Below are positions 8,100 through 17,677 of a stretch of 64,000 nt of DNA, piece by piece. Where the stretch lies: IMG/VR virus record IMGVR_UViG_3300045988_089740; one strand, given 5' to 3'. The notes beneath the pieces are model-generated. The model was not told the origin of the DNA, ran no database searches, and worked only from the letters and a program-made list of their open reading frames with translations. This DNA is from a virus. Position 1 is the stretch's first letter; each line of letters starts with the position of its first letter. The translations under genes and the position numbers were made by a program.

Positions 8100-9008
8100 A
8101 TGAGAATACAACTTATAGATGTTGATGGTCATAATTTCCCGAATTTGCCATTGATGAAAATATCGGCATGGCATAAGGGAAAAGGCGATTCCGTAGAATG
8201 GTACGACCCATTGACAGCATGGATAAATCCACCAGATAAGGTGTATATGAGCAAGGTGTTTACGTTTACGCCGGATTATCCACATCCTGTATGTGGATCA
8301 GAAATCATAAAGGGCGGTACAGGGTACGAGTATCCGTCTGGTGGGGAACCATTACCAAGTGAAATTGAACATATTTATCCTGATTATGGCCTCTATCCAG
8401 AGCTATGTAAAGATACCGCTTATGGTTTTCTTACAAGAGGATGCCCTAGAGGGTGCGATTTCTGTATCGTAAAAGATAAAGAAGGAAAGAAAAGCTGTAA
8501 AGTATCAAATTTATCAGAATTTTGGAATGGTCAAAAGAATATAGTCTTGCTTGATCCGAACATGTTCGCTTGTACAGAATGGAAAAATCTATCTGAACAG
8601 TTGATAGACAGCAAAGCATATATAGATTTTTCACAAGGCTGCGATATTCGGATTATGACCGAAGAAAAGGCAAATTACATTAAGCAAATGAAAATAAAAC
8701 AGATTCATTTTGCATGGGACAGATATGAAGATAAAAACATGATTATGCCAAAATTCCAGATGTTCAAGAAAATAACCGAATGGGATCGCAGAAAGATGCC
8801 TGTATATGTGCTGACAAATTTTAATACCACATTTGAACAGGATTTGGAAAGAGTATACACACTTCGGGATTTAGGGTATTGGCCCTACGTGATGATTTTT
8901 GATAAGCAAAACACAAAACCTACCGATTCCGTCAGGAGATTACAACGATGGGTAAATATGAGAGCTACGTTTGAAAGCGTAAGAAAGTTTGAAGATTATA
9001 CAGGATAG
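8100..9008 (+). CDS. Radical SAM domain protein
   Basis: CxxxCxxC cluster motif in GFLTRGCPRGCDFCIV. ATG 8100 follows the GAAAGGAAG SD; the ORF opens at 8016. Confidence 0.65.
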   Translation: MRIQLIDVDGHNFPNLPLMKISAWHKGKGDSVEWYDPLTAWINPPDKVYMSKVFTFTPDYPHPVCGSEIIKGGTGYEYPSGGEPLPSEIEHIYPDYGLYPELCKDTAYGFLTRGCPRGCDFCIVKDKEGKKSCKVSNLSEFWNGQKNIVLLDPNMFACTEWKNLSEQLIDSKAYIDFSQGCDIRIMTEEKANYIKQMKIKQIHFAWDRYEDKNMIMPKFQMFKKITEWDRRKMPVYVLTNFNTTFEQDLERVYTLRDLGYWPYVMIFDKQNTKPTDSVRRLQRWVNMRATFESVRKFEDYTG

Positions 9009-9021
9009 AAAGGAGAACGGT

Positions 9022-9339
9022 ATGCTGACAAGGAATAAAAAACTGAAAGACTACGGTATTCCGCCGGAGGACATAGAAAAACTGAATACGATGCTGAAAG
9101 ACTTCCCGGCAGAGTACGGATACCTGCTTTCCGGTGCCGCCTTGTCAGCTTGCCCGAAAAACACGGTGATAGCGGATATGGTTATTGAGAATATCCTGCA
9201 CCGGAAAAGTTACAGGAAAATCAGTAAAGAAAGATATATCCCGATGAATCCGAAGGACTTTTATGGATACAGGCGCAAGACCGTTGCTGTACTGTATGAG
9301 AGGATGCGGTTGTTGGGAGTGTGGGAGGATGAAAAATGA
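9022..9339 (+). CDS. hypothetical protein
   Basis: ATG 9022 follows the AAAGGAGAA SD; the ORF opens at 8989. Confidence 0.5.
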   Translation: MLTRNKKLKDYGIPPEDIEKLNTMLKDFPAEYGYLLSGAALSACPKNTVIADMVIENILHRKSYRKISKERYIPMNPKDFYGYRRKTVAVLYERMRLLGVWEDEK

Positions 9340-9476
9340 CTGAAAATCCTAATTACGATCCAGACTACTGCTATGAATGTGGTGGGTATGGAGATGACTA
9401 CTACATAGACGAAGACGGAGAACTGGTTTGCAGGTGTCCAGAATGTCCGTTTAGCGAATTTTGGGAGGATAAATAA
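9336..9476 (+). CDS. small Cys-rich (zinc-ribbon-like) protein
   Basis: 46 aa with CYECGG...CRCPECP; overlaps the previous stop. Confidence 0.4.
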   Translation: MTENPNYDPDYCYECGGYGDDYYIDEDGELVCRCPECPFSEFWEDK

Positions 9477-9692
9477 ATGAAATTAATTGATTTGATAGCA
9501 GCAATTGGCGGTGATCCTGAAAGTGAAGATAAAATTCAGATATGCCACCCGGGAAGAAACTGGGATAATTACGATACATTCAATGCCGGTTCGAAGCTGC
9601 TGAAACCATTTTACGACTTGAAAGTAAGCTGCCTTTCAGCGATAGAAACAGATGTGATTAGAGTTGACTTGGATTTTAATGAGAAAGGTTGA
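9477..9692 (+). CDS. hypothetical protein
   Basis: 71-aa ORF, tightly packed. Confidence 0.5.
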   Translation: MKLIDLIAAIGGDPESEDKIQICHPGRNWDNYDTFNAGSKLLKPFYDLKVSCLSAIETDVIRVDLDFNEKG

Positions 9693-9955
9693 TGGAAATG
9701 CGCTTAATAGATGCTGATAAAATTATTGATTCACTTGGCTTTTCGGATATAGATTTTGCAATAGGTGCAGTAATTGATGAACAGCCGACAGTTTTTGACG
9801 TGAACAAGGTTGTGGAGCAGTTAAAAGATTTAAAAGCAATGTACTGGGTTTCAATTGCAAATACGGGAGATGAAAAGTTGGATGTTGCTTACGAAAAGGT
9901 AGGAAATGCATTGGACAGGGCAATAGAAATCGTAAAGGAGAATGGAGCTGAATGA
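9689..9955 (+). CDS. hypothetical protein
   Basis: 88-aa ORF with ATGA overlap. Confidence 0.5.
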   Translation: MMEMRLIDADKIIDSLGFSDIDFAIGAVIDEQPTVFDVNKVVEQLKDLKAMYWVSIANTGDEKLDVAYEKVGNALDRAIEIVKENGAE

Positions 9956-10434
9956 GAGAAATTCTTTTCAAGGCAAAGCGGATTGATAATGGCGAATGGG
10001 TTGAGGGATGTTATGTGACATCTGATGGTAAATCTTTTATTTGTATGGATATAGTAGAACATTATTGTGTTATTGCACTTAGATGGTTCGAAATTGATCC
10101 AGAAACCATCTGCCAGTTCACGGGACTTTGCGACAAGAACGGGAAGAAAATTTGGGAAAATGACATTTTGATGTGTCATGGAACCCCAGAAGACCTTGTA
10201 AAAGCGGTATTTGGAGAATTTGGTGTAAGAGATATTGAAACCGGATCCATAGTAGATAAAGTTATCGGATGGCATTACGAAGTTGTCCCAACAGATGCAA
10301 TCAGTAAGTGCGAACCATTCTGTTGGTCAATGCCCCTGACAGAATATTATATCGACAGGTGCGAAATGGAAGTAGTTGACAACCCAGAATTATTACAGGA
10401 GGAATGGATTAATGGCATGTGCAAAGAAATGTGA
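9952..10434 (+). CDS. YopX-family protein
   Basis: MREILFKAKRIDNGEWVEG...QFTGLCDKNGKKIWENDIL matches the YopX pattern. Confidence 0.7.
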   Translation: MREILFKAKRIDNGEWVEGCYVTSDGKSFICMDIVEHYCVIALRWFEIDPETICQFTGLCDKNGKKIWENDILMCHGTPEDLVKAVFGEFGVRDIETGSIVDKVIGWHYEVVPTDAISKCEPFCWSMPLTEYYIDRCEMEVVDNPELLQEEWINGMCKEM

Positions 10435-10606
10435 TAGATGTGGAAAGCTGTATGAGCAGTACAATTCTAAAAACGATAGAAAAAATCCTAATGAGATCAT
10501 GGTATTAAATTTAGATGCCCAGAGAAAATATTATTCGCATGGTGCTATAGATTTGTGCCCTGGTTGTATGAAAGAATTTCAGGATTGGATGGAAGAGGTG
10601 AAGTAG
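10412..10606 (+). CDS. small zinc-ribbon protein
   Basis: MACAKKCDRCGK...CPGC. AGGAGG lies 9 nt upstream of ATG 10412. Confidence 0.5.
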   Translation: MACAKKCDRCGKLYEQYNSKNDRKNPNEIMVLNLDAQRKYYSHGAIDLCPGCMKEFQDWMEEVK

Positions 10607-11113
10607 ATGGAGAGATTAACAGAAAGAATAAAAAGACTGCAAAAGGATGACTTGATTGTGTATACAAATGGGAAATATGAAGATACGATTCCAGCAGAAA
10701 TGACAAATGACGATATAAGGGCAGTATTGAAAAAACTTGCTGATTATGAAGACTTAGAAGAACAGGGCTTACTTGTGAGGTTGCCGTGTAAGGTTGGAGA
10801 TATTATTTATGTAGATAGCGCAATACTTCCGATAGAGGATATGGAAGGCTATGAAGACATAGACAATAAGCTTCCCTCATATTTTCAAGGCCGAGTTGTT
10901 TCATTCCGGTTTGCGAAAAGGAACTGGGTAAAGATTGCGGTTAAGGCGAAGTGGTTGTATGAATGGATTGATGATGAGACTGGGCCAGAAAGTGATTATA
11001 TAGAGTATGAGAAAAAATTTTCAATCTTATTGTCAATGATTGGGAAATATATATTCCTCACTCGTGAAGAAGCTGAGAAGAAGCTGGAGGAGATGAAGAA
11101 GGATGGCGAATAA
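10607..11113 (+). CDS. hypothetical protein
   Basis: 168-aa ORF. Confidence 0.6.
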   Translation: MERLTERIKRLQKDDLIVYTNGKYEDTIPAEMTNDDIRAVLKKLADYEDLEEQGLLVRLPCKVGDIIYVDSAILPIEDMEGYEDIDNKLPSYFQGRVVSFRFAKRNWVKIAVKAKWLYEWIDDETGPESDYIEYEKKFSILLSMIGKYIFLTREEAEKKLEEMKKDGE

Positions 11114-11402
11114 AATGGAAAAAGCAAGTATTCCTGTTAAAGTCGAAAAGGAAATTGTAACGGAATTAGAACAGATTTTTAGAATCGTAGATGACAAGCC
11201 ATATTTTGAATTAAAATACAAGAAAGTTGGCGAGGATTATTACCACGTAGGATATAGTTCGTTCGATTTCCATAATGTTCTGAAATGGGAAAAAGAATAT
11301 TTTGAGTTGGCTAATTGTATTGAATGTAAGTTCGGACAGAAAAATGTTGCAGGTAGAAAGTGTCAAGCGTGCATAAATAAAAATATGTTCGAGAAAATCT
11401 GA
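11103..11402 (+). CDS. hypothetical protein
   Basis: 99-aa ORF overlapping the previous gene end. Confidence 0.5.
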   Translation: MANKMEKASIPVKVEKEIVTELEQIFRIVDDKPYFELKYKKVGEDYYHVGYSSFDFHNVLKWEKEYFELANCIECKFGQKNVAGRKCQACINKNMFEKI

Positions 11403-11468
11403 AACGGCAGTTTCATGGAAATAATAAAACCATGACAGAAGCGAGAGAAGCAGAAAGGATGGAAAAGA

Positions 11469-12590
11469 ATGAATAAGAAAGAAATCGCAGAAATTAAGAA
11501 ACAGTTTACTCCAGCCAATTGCACAATCACACGCATTTGTGGTTGTTATGTGGACGCAGAAAAGAACAAGAAAACCAAAATTAAAGAAGCATTCCTGTCT
11601 CTTCCAGAGGAAGAAATGTTTAAGTATTTTGACATTTTCAAGAAAACTATGTCTGGCAGACTTGGAAAAAACCTTATGAACCTTGATTTTCCATTATCAC
11701 AGGAAAAAGAGGGTGGAACGCAGGAATTTCTTATGCGGGTCAGAGCAAGCAGGCTTAAAAATGATGAGCTTTTGGACGAGTTCTACGACAAAGTGATTGA
11801 AAATTACGATTATCACGAAAATTACTACATAGTTCTCATTCATGCAGTGTATGACGTTCCGGGAAAAGCTTCTGATGGAACCGAAATGCACGATGCATCA
11901 GAAGAAATTTATGAACACATTCTGTGCAGCATTTGTCCAGTAAATCTTTCAAAGGCTGGGCTTAGCTATGATGCGGCTGAAAATAACATCAAAGACAGAA
12001 TTCGTGATTGGGTAGTCTCAAGACCAGAAACAGGATTCTTATTCCCTGTATTCAATGACAGAAGCACTGATATTCATGGAACCTTGTATTTCAACAAAAA
12101 CATAAAGAATATTCATCCCGACTTCATTGAAAACGTTCTTGGCACACCAATTCCCCGTATACCCGGCAACGAGATCAATGTCTTTTCAGATTTTATCATG
12201 GACAATTTCGAAAGAAATACAACATTCAATTTCGCGGAAAGTCTGGTTGAATCTTTGCAGGAAGTAAGAGAACAGAAGAAAGACATCCCGGAGATGGTAA
12301 CTGTGTCATGTGATGAAATGGAACAGATTTTTGGATATTGCGGAGTTCCAGACGAGAAATTGTCGGATTTCAAAGAAAACTGGGAAATGTATTTCAGCAA
12401 TGAGCCTGTTGCTCTTGACAATATTCATAATTCAAAAACTGCAAAAATTGTAACACCAGATGCAACAATCTGCATCCAGCCAGATAAAATTGCTCTGATT
12501 GAACTGAAAGAAATAAACGGCGTTCCATCTCTTGTAATTCCGGTAAATGGAGAACTGAAAATCAATGGAATTGAAGTTGAATTAAAATAA
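11469..12590 (+). CDS. DUF4317-like protein
   Basis: N-terminus MNKKEIAEIKKQFTPANCTITRICGCYVD recalls the DUF4317 family. This is from memory, not a search. Confidence 0.5.
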   Translation: MNKKEIAEIKKQFTPANCTITRICGCYVDAEKNKKTKIKEAFLSLPEEEMFKYFDIFKKTMSGRLGKNLMNLDFPLSQEKEGGTQEFLMRVRASRLKNDELLDEFYDKVIENYDYHENYYIVLIHAVYDVPGKASDGTEMHDASEEIYEHILCSICPVNLSKAGLSYDAAENNIKDRIRDWVVSRPETGFLFPVFNDRSTDIHGTLYFNKNIKNIHPDFIENVLGTPIPRIPGNEINVFSDFIMDNFERNTTFNFAESLVESLQEVREQKKDIPEMVTVSCDEMEQIFGYCGVPDEKLSDFKENWEMYFSNEPVALDNIHNSKTAKIVTPDATICIQPDKIALIELKEINGVPSLVIPVNGELKINGIEVELK

Positions 12591-12647
12591 ACACTTTTGA
12601 AAAACCAGAAATTGGAGAAAGGAATTTTAGAATTGGCAAATAAAAGA

Positions 12648-13133
12648 ATGTTCACAATGAAAATTGTTGACAGTGATAACTTTTTAAATATGTCAGCTAA
12701 CTCGCAAGCAATCTACTTTCAACTGTGTATGCGATCTGACAATAATGGCCGCTTAAGACGCTGGAAGCGAATTTTTCAAATTATAAGTATAAATGAAAAA
12801 GATGTATCTGAGTTAATCGAAAATGGGTATTTAAAAAAAACGGCAAATGGTGTATATGAATTACCTCTGTTTAAAGAGACCACAGGATATGGAGAACAAG
12901 AAAAAGGAAGGCACACAAAAGAATATAAAAAATGGAGAAAAGGAGTTTTGGAACGCGATAAATACATTTGCCAGATGTGCGGAAGCCCAAACTCAAACAT
13001 AGTTCACCATAAAATAAGATTCAGAGATTGCTATGATAATGAAAATATTGCTTATGATGTAAACAACGTAATTTGCTTATGCGAAAGATGTCACAAGATG
13101 GTACATGGAGGTGGAAATTATATAAATGGCTAA
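12648..13133 (+). CDS. replisome-organizer-like N-domain fused to an HNH endonuclease
   Basis: MFTMKIVDSDNFLNMSANSQAIYFQL N-terminus; C-terminal CQMCG...HHKIRF...CLCERCHKMVH HNH motif. The ORF opens at 12597. Confidence 0.6.
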   Translation: MFTMKIVDSDNFLNMSANSQAIYFQLCMRSDNNGRLRRWKRIFQIISINEKDVSELIENGYLKKTANGVYELPLFKETTGYGEQEKGRHTKEYKKWRKGVLERDKYICQMCGSPNSNIVHHKIRFRDCYDNENIAYDVNNVICLCERCHKMVHGGGNYING

Positions 13134-14022
13134 AGTAAGCTGGATCAAAATTGAAACAGAGATGTTTAATAATGTTAAAATCGGTCATATCAGAAAGCTT
13201 CCAGAAGGAAACAACATAGTTCTTATTTGGGTTATGCTTCTGACGATGGCCGGAAGATGCAATGCTAATGGACTTATCTTTCTGACAGAAAACATTCCGT
13301 ATAATGAAAAGCTGCTGGCAGATGAACTTGGCTTTGATGAAAGTGTAATACAACTTGCATTGACTGCTTTGGAAAATTTTGGAATGATTACCAGAGATGG
13401 AAATATGCTTGCAATTCCAGGATGGGAAGAACATCAGAATATCGAAGGCATGGACAAGATCAGAGAACAGAATAGAATTAGGAAACAGAAACAGAGAGAA
13501 CGGCAGAAACTTGCAATTGAACAAGATATGTCACGTGACAGTTCACGTGACGTCACGCAACAGAATAAGATAAAGAATAAGAAAGAAGAATTAGATAAAG
13601 ATAAAGATAATAATTTAATAGTATCTAAAGATACTATTCGTCAGACAGATGTCCGACGTGTTATTGAGGAATGGAACAAATTACAGGACGTTGGCATTGC
13701 TCCTATCAGGGATATCAAACCAGCATCAAAGAGATGCCAGTTACTTAAAGGCCGAATAAGAGAGTATGGCATGGATGATCTCTTAAAGGCTATGGACAAC
13801 ATCCGCCACAGCGATTTCCTGAGAGGCGAAAACAAAAATGGATGGATGATTACTTTTGACTGGTTTGTAAAACCGAATAGTTTCTTAAAGGTTTTGGAGG
13901 GTAACTACAATGGGGACAGGAAACATGGATCTGGTGCAAAAACTCAAAGAAAAGTCGAGCCACTTATCCCGTTCGGAACGCTCAGTGATGACGGAGACTC
14001 AGACACATTGCCGTTTATGTGA
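13126..14022 (+). CDS. Phage replisome organizer (DnaD-like)
   Basis: MAKVSWIKIETEMFNNVKI...LPEGNNIVLIWVMLLTMAGRCNANG is the typical N-terminal domain. Confidence 0.7.
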   Translation: MAKVSWIKIETEMFNNVKIGHIRKLPEGNNIVLIWVMLLTMAGRCNANGLIFLTENIPYNEKLLADELGFDESVIQLALTALENFGMITRDGNMLAIPGWEEHQNIEGMDKIREQNRIRKQKQRERQKLAIEQDMSRDSSRDVTQQNKIKNKKEELDKDKDNNLIVSKDTIRQTDVRRVIEEWNKLQDVGIAPIRDIKPASKRCQLLKGRIREYGMDDLLKAMDNIRHSDFLRGENKNGWMITFDWFVKPNSFLKVLEGNYNGDRKHGSGAKTQRKVEPLIPFGTLSDDGDSDTLPFM

Positions 14023-14761
14023 TGATTCCGGATGGGTCTGGAGCCGTGATCAATATGGAGTTCCGTATTGCCAGGAGTGTTCCTGCGGTATCCGTAAAAA
14101 AACGATTCATAGAAATCAACTTAAATTTGCAGAGATTCCAGATATCTACAAGGACGCAATGTTTAATAACTTCCGGTCGGCAGTATACCAGCTGCCGGAG
14201 AGCCGGGAAACAATAAAGCAAGCTGCAAAAGCTGTTCGATACTGGGTAGAAAATATCAATGACATGCAGAAACAGGGAATCGGACTGTATTTTTACTCTA
14301 GCACGAAAGGCTCTGGAAAAACCCGAATGGTATGCAGCCTGGCGAATGAACTGATTGAAAAGCATCAGAAACAGGTAAAATTTTCAACGTCTATGAAAAT
14401 CCTTGACGAGATCAAGTCCACATGGGGGAAAAGATACAGTCCGGATAAAACGGAAGAACAGTTGATTGATGAACTTGCCAGAGCAGATATTCTAATCATT
14501 GATGATTTCGGCACAGAAACCGAAAAGGACTGGGTAAATGAAAAATACTATGAAATTATCGACGGACGCTATACAAGCCGAAAAATCACGATTTTCACAA
14601 GTAATTACTGTATTTCTCGGCTAAATTATGATGAACGTATCACCAACCGGATTCTGGAGCGGTCACTTGAAATCCCATTTCCGGAAGAATCTGTCCGGGA
14701 GCACATAGCGGAAACAATGAAACAGCAAATGATAGCAGGTATCATGGGAGGGGCAAAATGA
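13988..14761 (+). CDS. DnaC/IstB-like helicase loader ATPase
   Basis: Walker A KGSGKT, Walker B ILIIDDFG, N-terminal Cys cluster. Start is uncertain (13910, 13925 or 13988). Confidence 0.75.
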   Translation: MTETQTHCRLCDDSGWVWSRDQYGVPYCQECSCGIRKKTIHRNQLKFAEIPDIYKDAMFNNFRSAVYQLPESRETIKQAAKAVRYWVENINDMQKQGIGLYFYSSTKGSGKTRMVCSLANELIEKHQKQVKFSTSMKILDEIKSTWGKRYSPDKTEEQLIDELARADILIIDDFGTETEKDWVNEKYYEIIDGRYTSRKITIFTSNYCISRLNYDERITNRILERSLEIPFPEESVREHIAETMKQQMIAGIMGGAK

Positions 14762-15288
14762 ACAGCGTGGTGTTAAAAAGAAAATTCGCAGGGAAACCGG
14801 TAACTATGCCTTATTCAGCTGCAAAGATTGAAAGAATGCAGCGGATGTTTGATGAGTCCAGAGAAAAAGTTCTGGCAGCTAGAAATGAAGAAATTGAAAA
14901 AGCGTATCAGAAAGGCAAGGAAGACGGGATCAGTAGAAGCGTGAGCGTTTTAAACAAAGTTGTAGAAAACGCAAGGGAAGAAGAAAGAGAGAAAAGCTAC
15001 AACGCCGGTTTCGAACAAGGATTTACGGATGGACAGGACTGGGCGAATGTTGAGAACAGCGTAACATTGCTTTTGGCACTGCATAGAGCGTACGACTTTG
15101 AACCGGATCAGCTGATGAACGTAGTGGAAAAGAGTAACAAATATGTGCATCAGGCAAATGAAGGAAAACCAACTATCGGTACTCTTGCACGACAGTTGTA
15201 CAATGAATGCCAGATAAAGTTGTGCGAACACGAAGTGGAAATTTTAAGAAAGTACAGTTTGTTTGAAGAGGGTGATCCATATGATTAA
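14758..15288 (+). CDS. hypothetical protein
   Basis: 176-aa ORF with ATGA overlap. Confidence 0.6.
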   Translation: MNSVVLKRKFAGKPVTMPYSAAKIERMQRMFDESREKVLAARNEEIEKAYQKGKEDGISRSVSVLNKVVENAREEEREKSYNAGFEQGFTDGQDWANVENSVTLLLALHRAYDFEPDQLMNVVEKSNKYVHQANEGKPTIGTLARQLYNECQIKLCEHEVEILRKYSLFEEGDPYD

Positions 15289-15496
15289 GATAAGCGCAAT
15301 GTACAAAGATTCCGGCGGAACAAATCCGTATCACCGATGTGAGGAATGTTTGAGGTACCGGTCTGGAAAACATCCGAGGTGCCTGAACTACAATGGAGAT
15401 GTGGATTGGAAACCAAACTACATTGCTTGCAAATTTTTCGCAGATGAAAAGAAAGATGAAATCAAAGGACAGATGGATATATTTGATTTGTTGTAA
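15281..15496 (+). CDS. small Cys-rich hypothetical protein
   Basis: ATG 15281 follows the GAAGAGGGTGA SD; the ORF opens at 15263. Confidence 0.5.
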   Translation: MIKISAMYKDSGGTNPYHRCEECLRYRSGKHPRCLNYNGDVDWKPNYIACKFFADEKKDEIKGQMDIFDLL

Positions 15497-15617
15497 AATA
15501 AAGTAATTGATTGACTAAAAAACGCTAGAATCCATTTTGAGTAAGCTTGCATAGAAATATATGCCTAAGATATTTTGAAAGGATTTTAGACCTTTTCAGC
15601 AAAGGAAGGAGTTTGGC

Positions 15618-15725
15618 ATGAACAAAGCGTTATTACTGGCATTGAACGAACACATATACCTTCAGGGACTAATCAGCAAAGAAATGAAAGAAAAAATTGA
15701 TATTGAGATTCTTTCTGAAAATTAA
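15618..15725 (+). CDS. small hypothetical protein
   Basis: 35 aa (MNKALLLALNEHIYLQGLISKEMKEKIDIEILSEN) with SD AAGGAAGGAG upstream. Confidence 0.35.
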   Translation: MNKALLLALNEHIYLQGLISKEMKEKIDIEILSEN

Positions 15726-15737
15726 TTCAAAACTATT

Positions 15738-15780
15738 GAGCGGAGATGAGATAGAAGTTATAATAATCTTATCTCTGCTC
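15738..15780. promoter_or_regulatory. 43-bp imperfect dyad immediately upstream of the integrase (candidate attP core or hairpin)
   Basis: gagcggagatgagat-N13-atcttatctctgctc: 15-nt arms where 13 positions pair as Watson-Crick and two as G:T. No T-run follows the dyad. Confidence 0.45.
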
Positions 15781-15805
15781 TTCCAAACAGAAGGGAGAAC
15801 GGGGC

Positions 15806-17530
15806 ATGAACGTTTATCGCACTAGAGAAATACTGAAGACTTGCAGTATTTTCGATCTAAAATTAAAGGTGGCGTTTTACGCAAGAGTAAGCACAGAATC
15901 AGAAGACCAACAAGTTTCCATCCATCACCAGGATGAATATTACAGAAACTTCATTGCTCAAAATAGAAACTGGGTATTTGTTGGGGCGTACATTGACAAT
16001 GGAATATCGGGAATACGAACTGAGAAAAGAGACGAATTTCAACGTATGATGGCAGACGCCAAAGCTGGGAAAATTGATATGATCGTAACGAAAGAAATTA
16101 CCAGGTTTGCGAGAAATACCTTAGACAGCATAAAATATACAAGAGAATTACTGATGTATGGCGTATGCGTATGGTTTCAAAACGACAACATCAATACGAT
16201 TGACGAAGATAGTGAATTAAGACTTACCATAATGTCCGGAATTGCCCAAGATGAATCAAGAAAACTCTCCAATCGAATAAAATTCGGACATGCGCAGTCA
16301 ATAAAAAATGGGGTAGTCCTTGGATCCCGAATATACGGGTACATCAAGAAAGACGGAAAGCTTACGATCGACCCCAAAACAGCTCCGATGATAAAAGAAA
16401 TATTCGAAAAGTATTCTACGGGAGAATGGTCCACATCCGCCATTGAGAAATATCTATACAAAAAAGGATATCGAAATTACAAAGGCGGAAAACTCAGCCG
16501 AGATAATATCAAAAAGATAATCAAGAATCCGAAATACAAAGGCTATTATTGCGGCGGAAAAGTAAAAATTGTCGATATGTTCACTAAAAAGCAAGAGTTT
16601 TTGCCAGAGGACGAATGGACAATGTACAAAGATGACGGGAACCATGTTCCGCAGATTGTAGATGAATCCGTATGGGATAAGGCAAATGTCATTATGCAAA
16701 CACGGAGCGATGCGATCAAATCCCACAGAACGTCTTTCAAACAAAATAATTTATTCACTGGATATATCTTTTGCGGTAATGATGGAGCACCGTACTGGAT
16801 GAAGCAGCACACTATAAGAGGGCGTGAAGATGCAAGATGGGTATGTAGCTATCGTATAAAAAACGGAGCGCAAAGCTGTAACTCTTTTGGGATACGTGAG
16901 AGAGAATTAAGGGTGATGCTTGCAGACCTTATCAATAAATCCGGGGATATCCAAACAGCTATTGAAAAATATATAAGCTTGGTTGAAAAGAACATAGACT
17001 TCAGCAACGATGGGGCTGAGATAAGCCGACTTAAAAACATGATTCTCCAGATAGAGAAAAAGAAAGACAAGCTTCTTGACCTGAATCTGGATGGAATCAT
17101 AACAAACTCTGAATACATTGAAAAAAGTGAAAAATTCAAGGATGAAATTGAAAGCATAAACAATAAACTTTCCGAACTGGAATCAAAAGAAGAAGCCAGC
17201 AAAGATTTTCATTTGAAATTAAAAGAAATCGGTATGATATTAAACGATCTACAAGGAGTTTGCCCAGAAGACATCACCAAAACGGTTCTGGGAGAATTTT
17301 TGGACAAAATATTAATAAATCCAAAGGGCCCACAGGAGTGCGAAATTTTGTTCTTTTTAAAGACCGGAGATGTAAAAAAAAAGTCAATAACCGAGCGGGA
17401 TAAACCGGGCTGTTCTGAATATTTTTTTTTAAATAAGTTCTCAGAACGACACGCCGTATTTTACAGGAAAATCAACTATGTGGATGGATGCGAAAAGGAA
17501 TTTAACTACACTTACGCATTTGCAATCTAA
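15806..17530 (+). CDS. Large serine recombinase (phage integrase type)
   Basis: N-terminal resolvase domain (VAFYARVSTESEDQ, IDMIVTKEITRFARN), recombinase domain, Cys-containing zinc-ribbon region and coiled coil; 574 aa. Confidence 0.9.
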   Translation: MNVYRTREILKTCSIFDLKLKVAFYARVSTESEDQQVSIHHQDEYYRNFIAQNRNWVFVGAYIDNGISGIRTEKRDEFQRMMADAKAGKIDMIVTKEITRFARNTLDSIKYTRELLMYGVCVWFQNDNINTIDEDSELRLTIMSGIAQDESRKLSNRIKFGHAQSIKNGVVLGSRIYGYIKKDGKLTIDPKTAPMIKEIFEKYSTGEWSTSAIEKYLYKKGYRNYKGGKLSRDNIKKIIKNPKYKGYYCGGKVKIVDMFTKKQEFLPEDEWTMYKDDGNHVPQIVDESVWDKANVIMQTRSDAIKSHRTSFKQNNLFTGYIFCGNDGAPYWMKQHTIRGREDARWVCSYRIKNGAQSCNSFGIRERELRVMLADLINKSGDIQTAIEKYISLVEKNIDFSNDGAEISRLKNMILQIEKKKDKLLDLNLDGIITNSEYIEKSEKFKDEIESINNKLSELESKEEASKDFHLKLKEIGMILNDLQGVCPEDITKTVLGEFLDKILINPKGPQECEILFFLKTGDVKKKSITERDKPGCSEYFFLNKFSERHAVFYRKINYVDGCEKEFNYTYAFAI

Positions 17531-17550
17531 ATAATATACAAAAGATGAAC

Positions 17551-17564
17551 GGAAGAGCAGAGAT
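17551..17564. repeat. inverted copy of the integrase-upstream motif
   Basis: ggaagagcagagat is the exact reverse complement of atctctgctcttcc at 15771-15784. Confidence 0.8.
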
Positions 17565-17572
17565 GTAATTTT

Positions 17573-17655
17573 TTGACATTTAAGAGAATATCTGATAGTA
17601 TGAAAACATACTAATGACGACATCGGTTCCAATTCCCGGAACAGGATGTCTTTTT
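17573..17655 (+). promoter_or_regulatory. sigma-A-type promoter followed by a leader hairpin with T-run
   Basis: TTGACA (17573) -17 nt- TAGTAT (17596); hairpin gacatc/ggttcc...ggaac/gatgtc at 17619-17650, then TTTTT. Confidence 0.5.
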
Positions 17656-17677
17656 GTGTTTTTAAGGGGTGATAACC

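Noticed and set aside
17371-17430. A9 and T10 homopolymers inside the 3' part of the integrase gene, considered as phase-variation sites
   Set aside because: The reading frame is intact through both tracts and nothing in this single sequence indicates length variation. I note them only as something to watch in read data.
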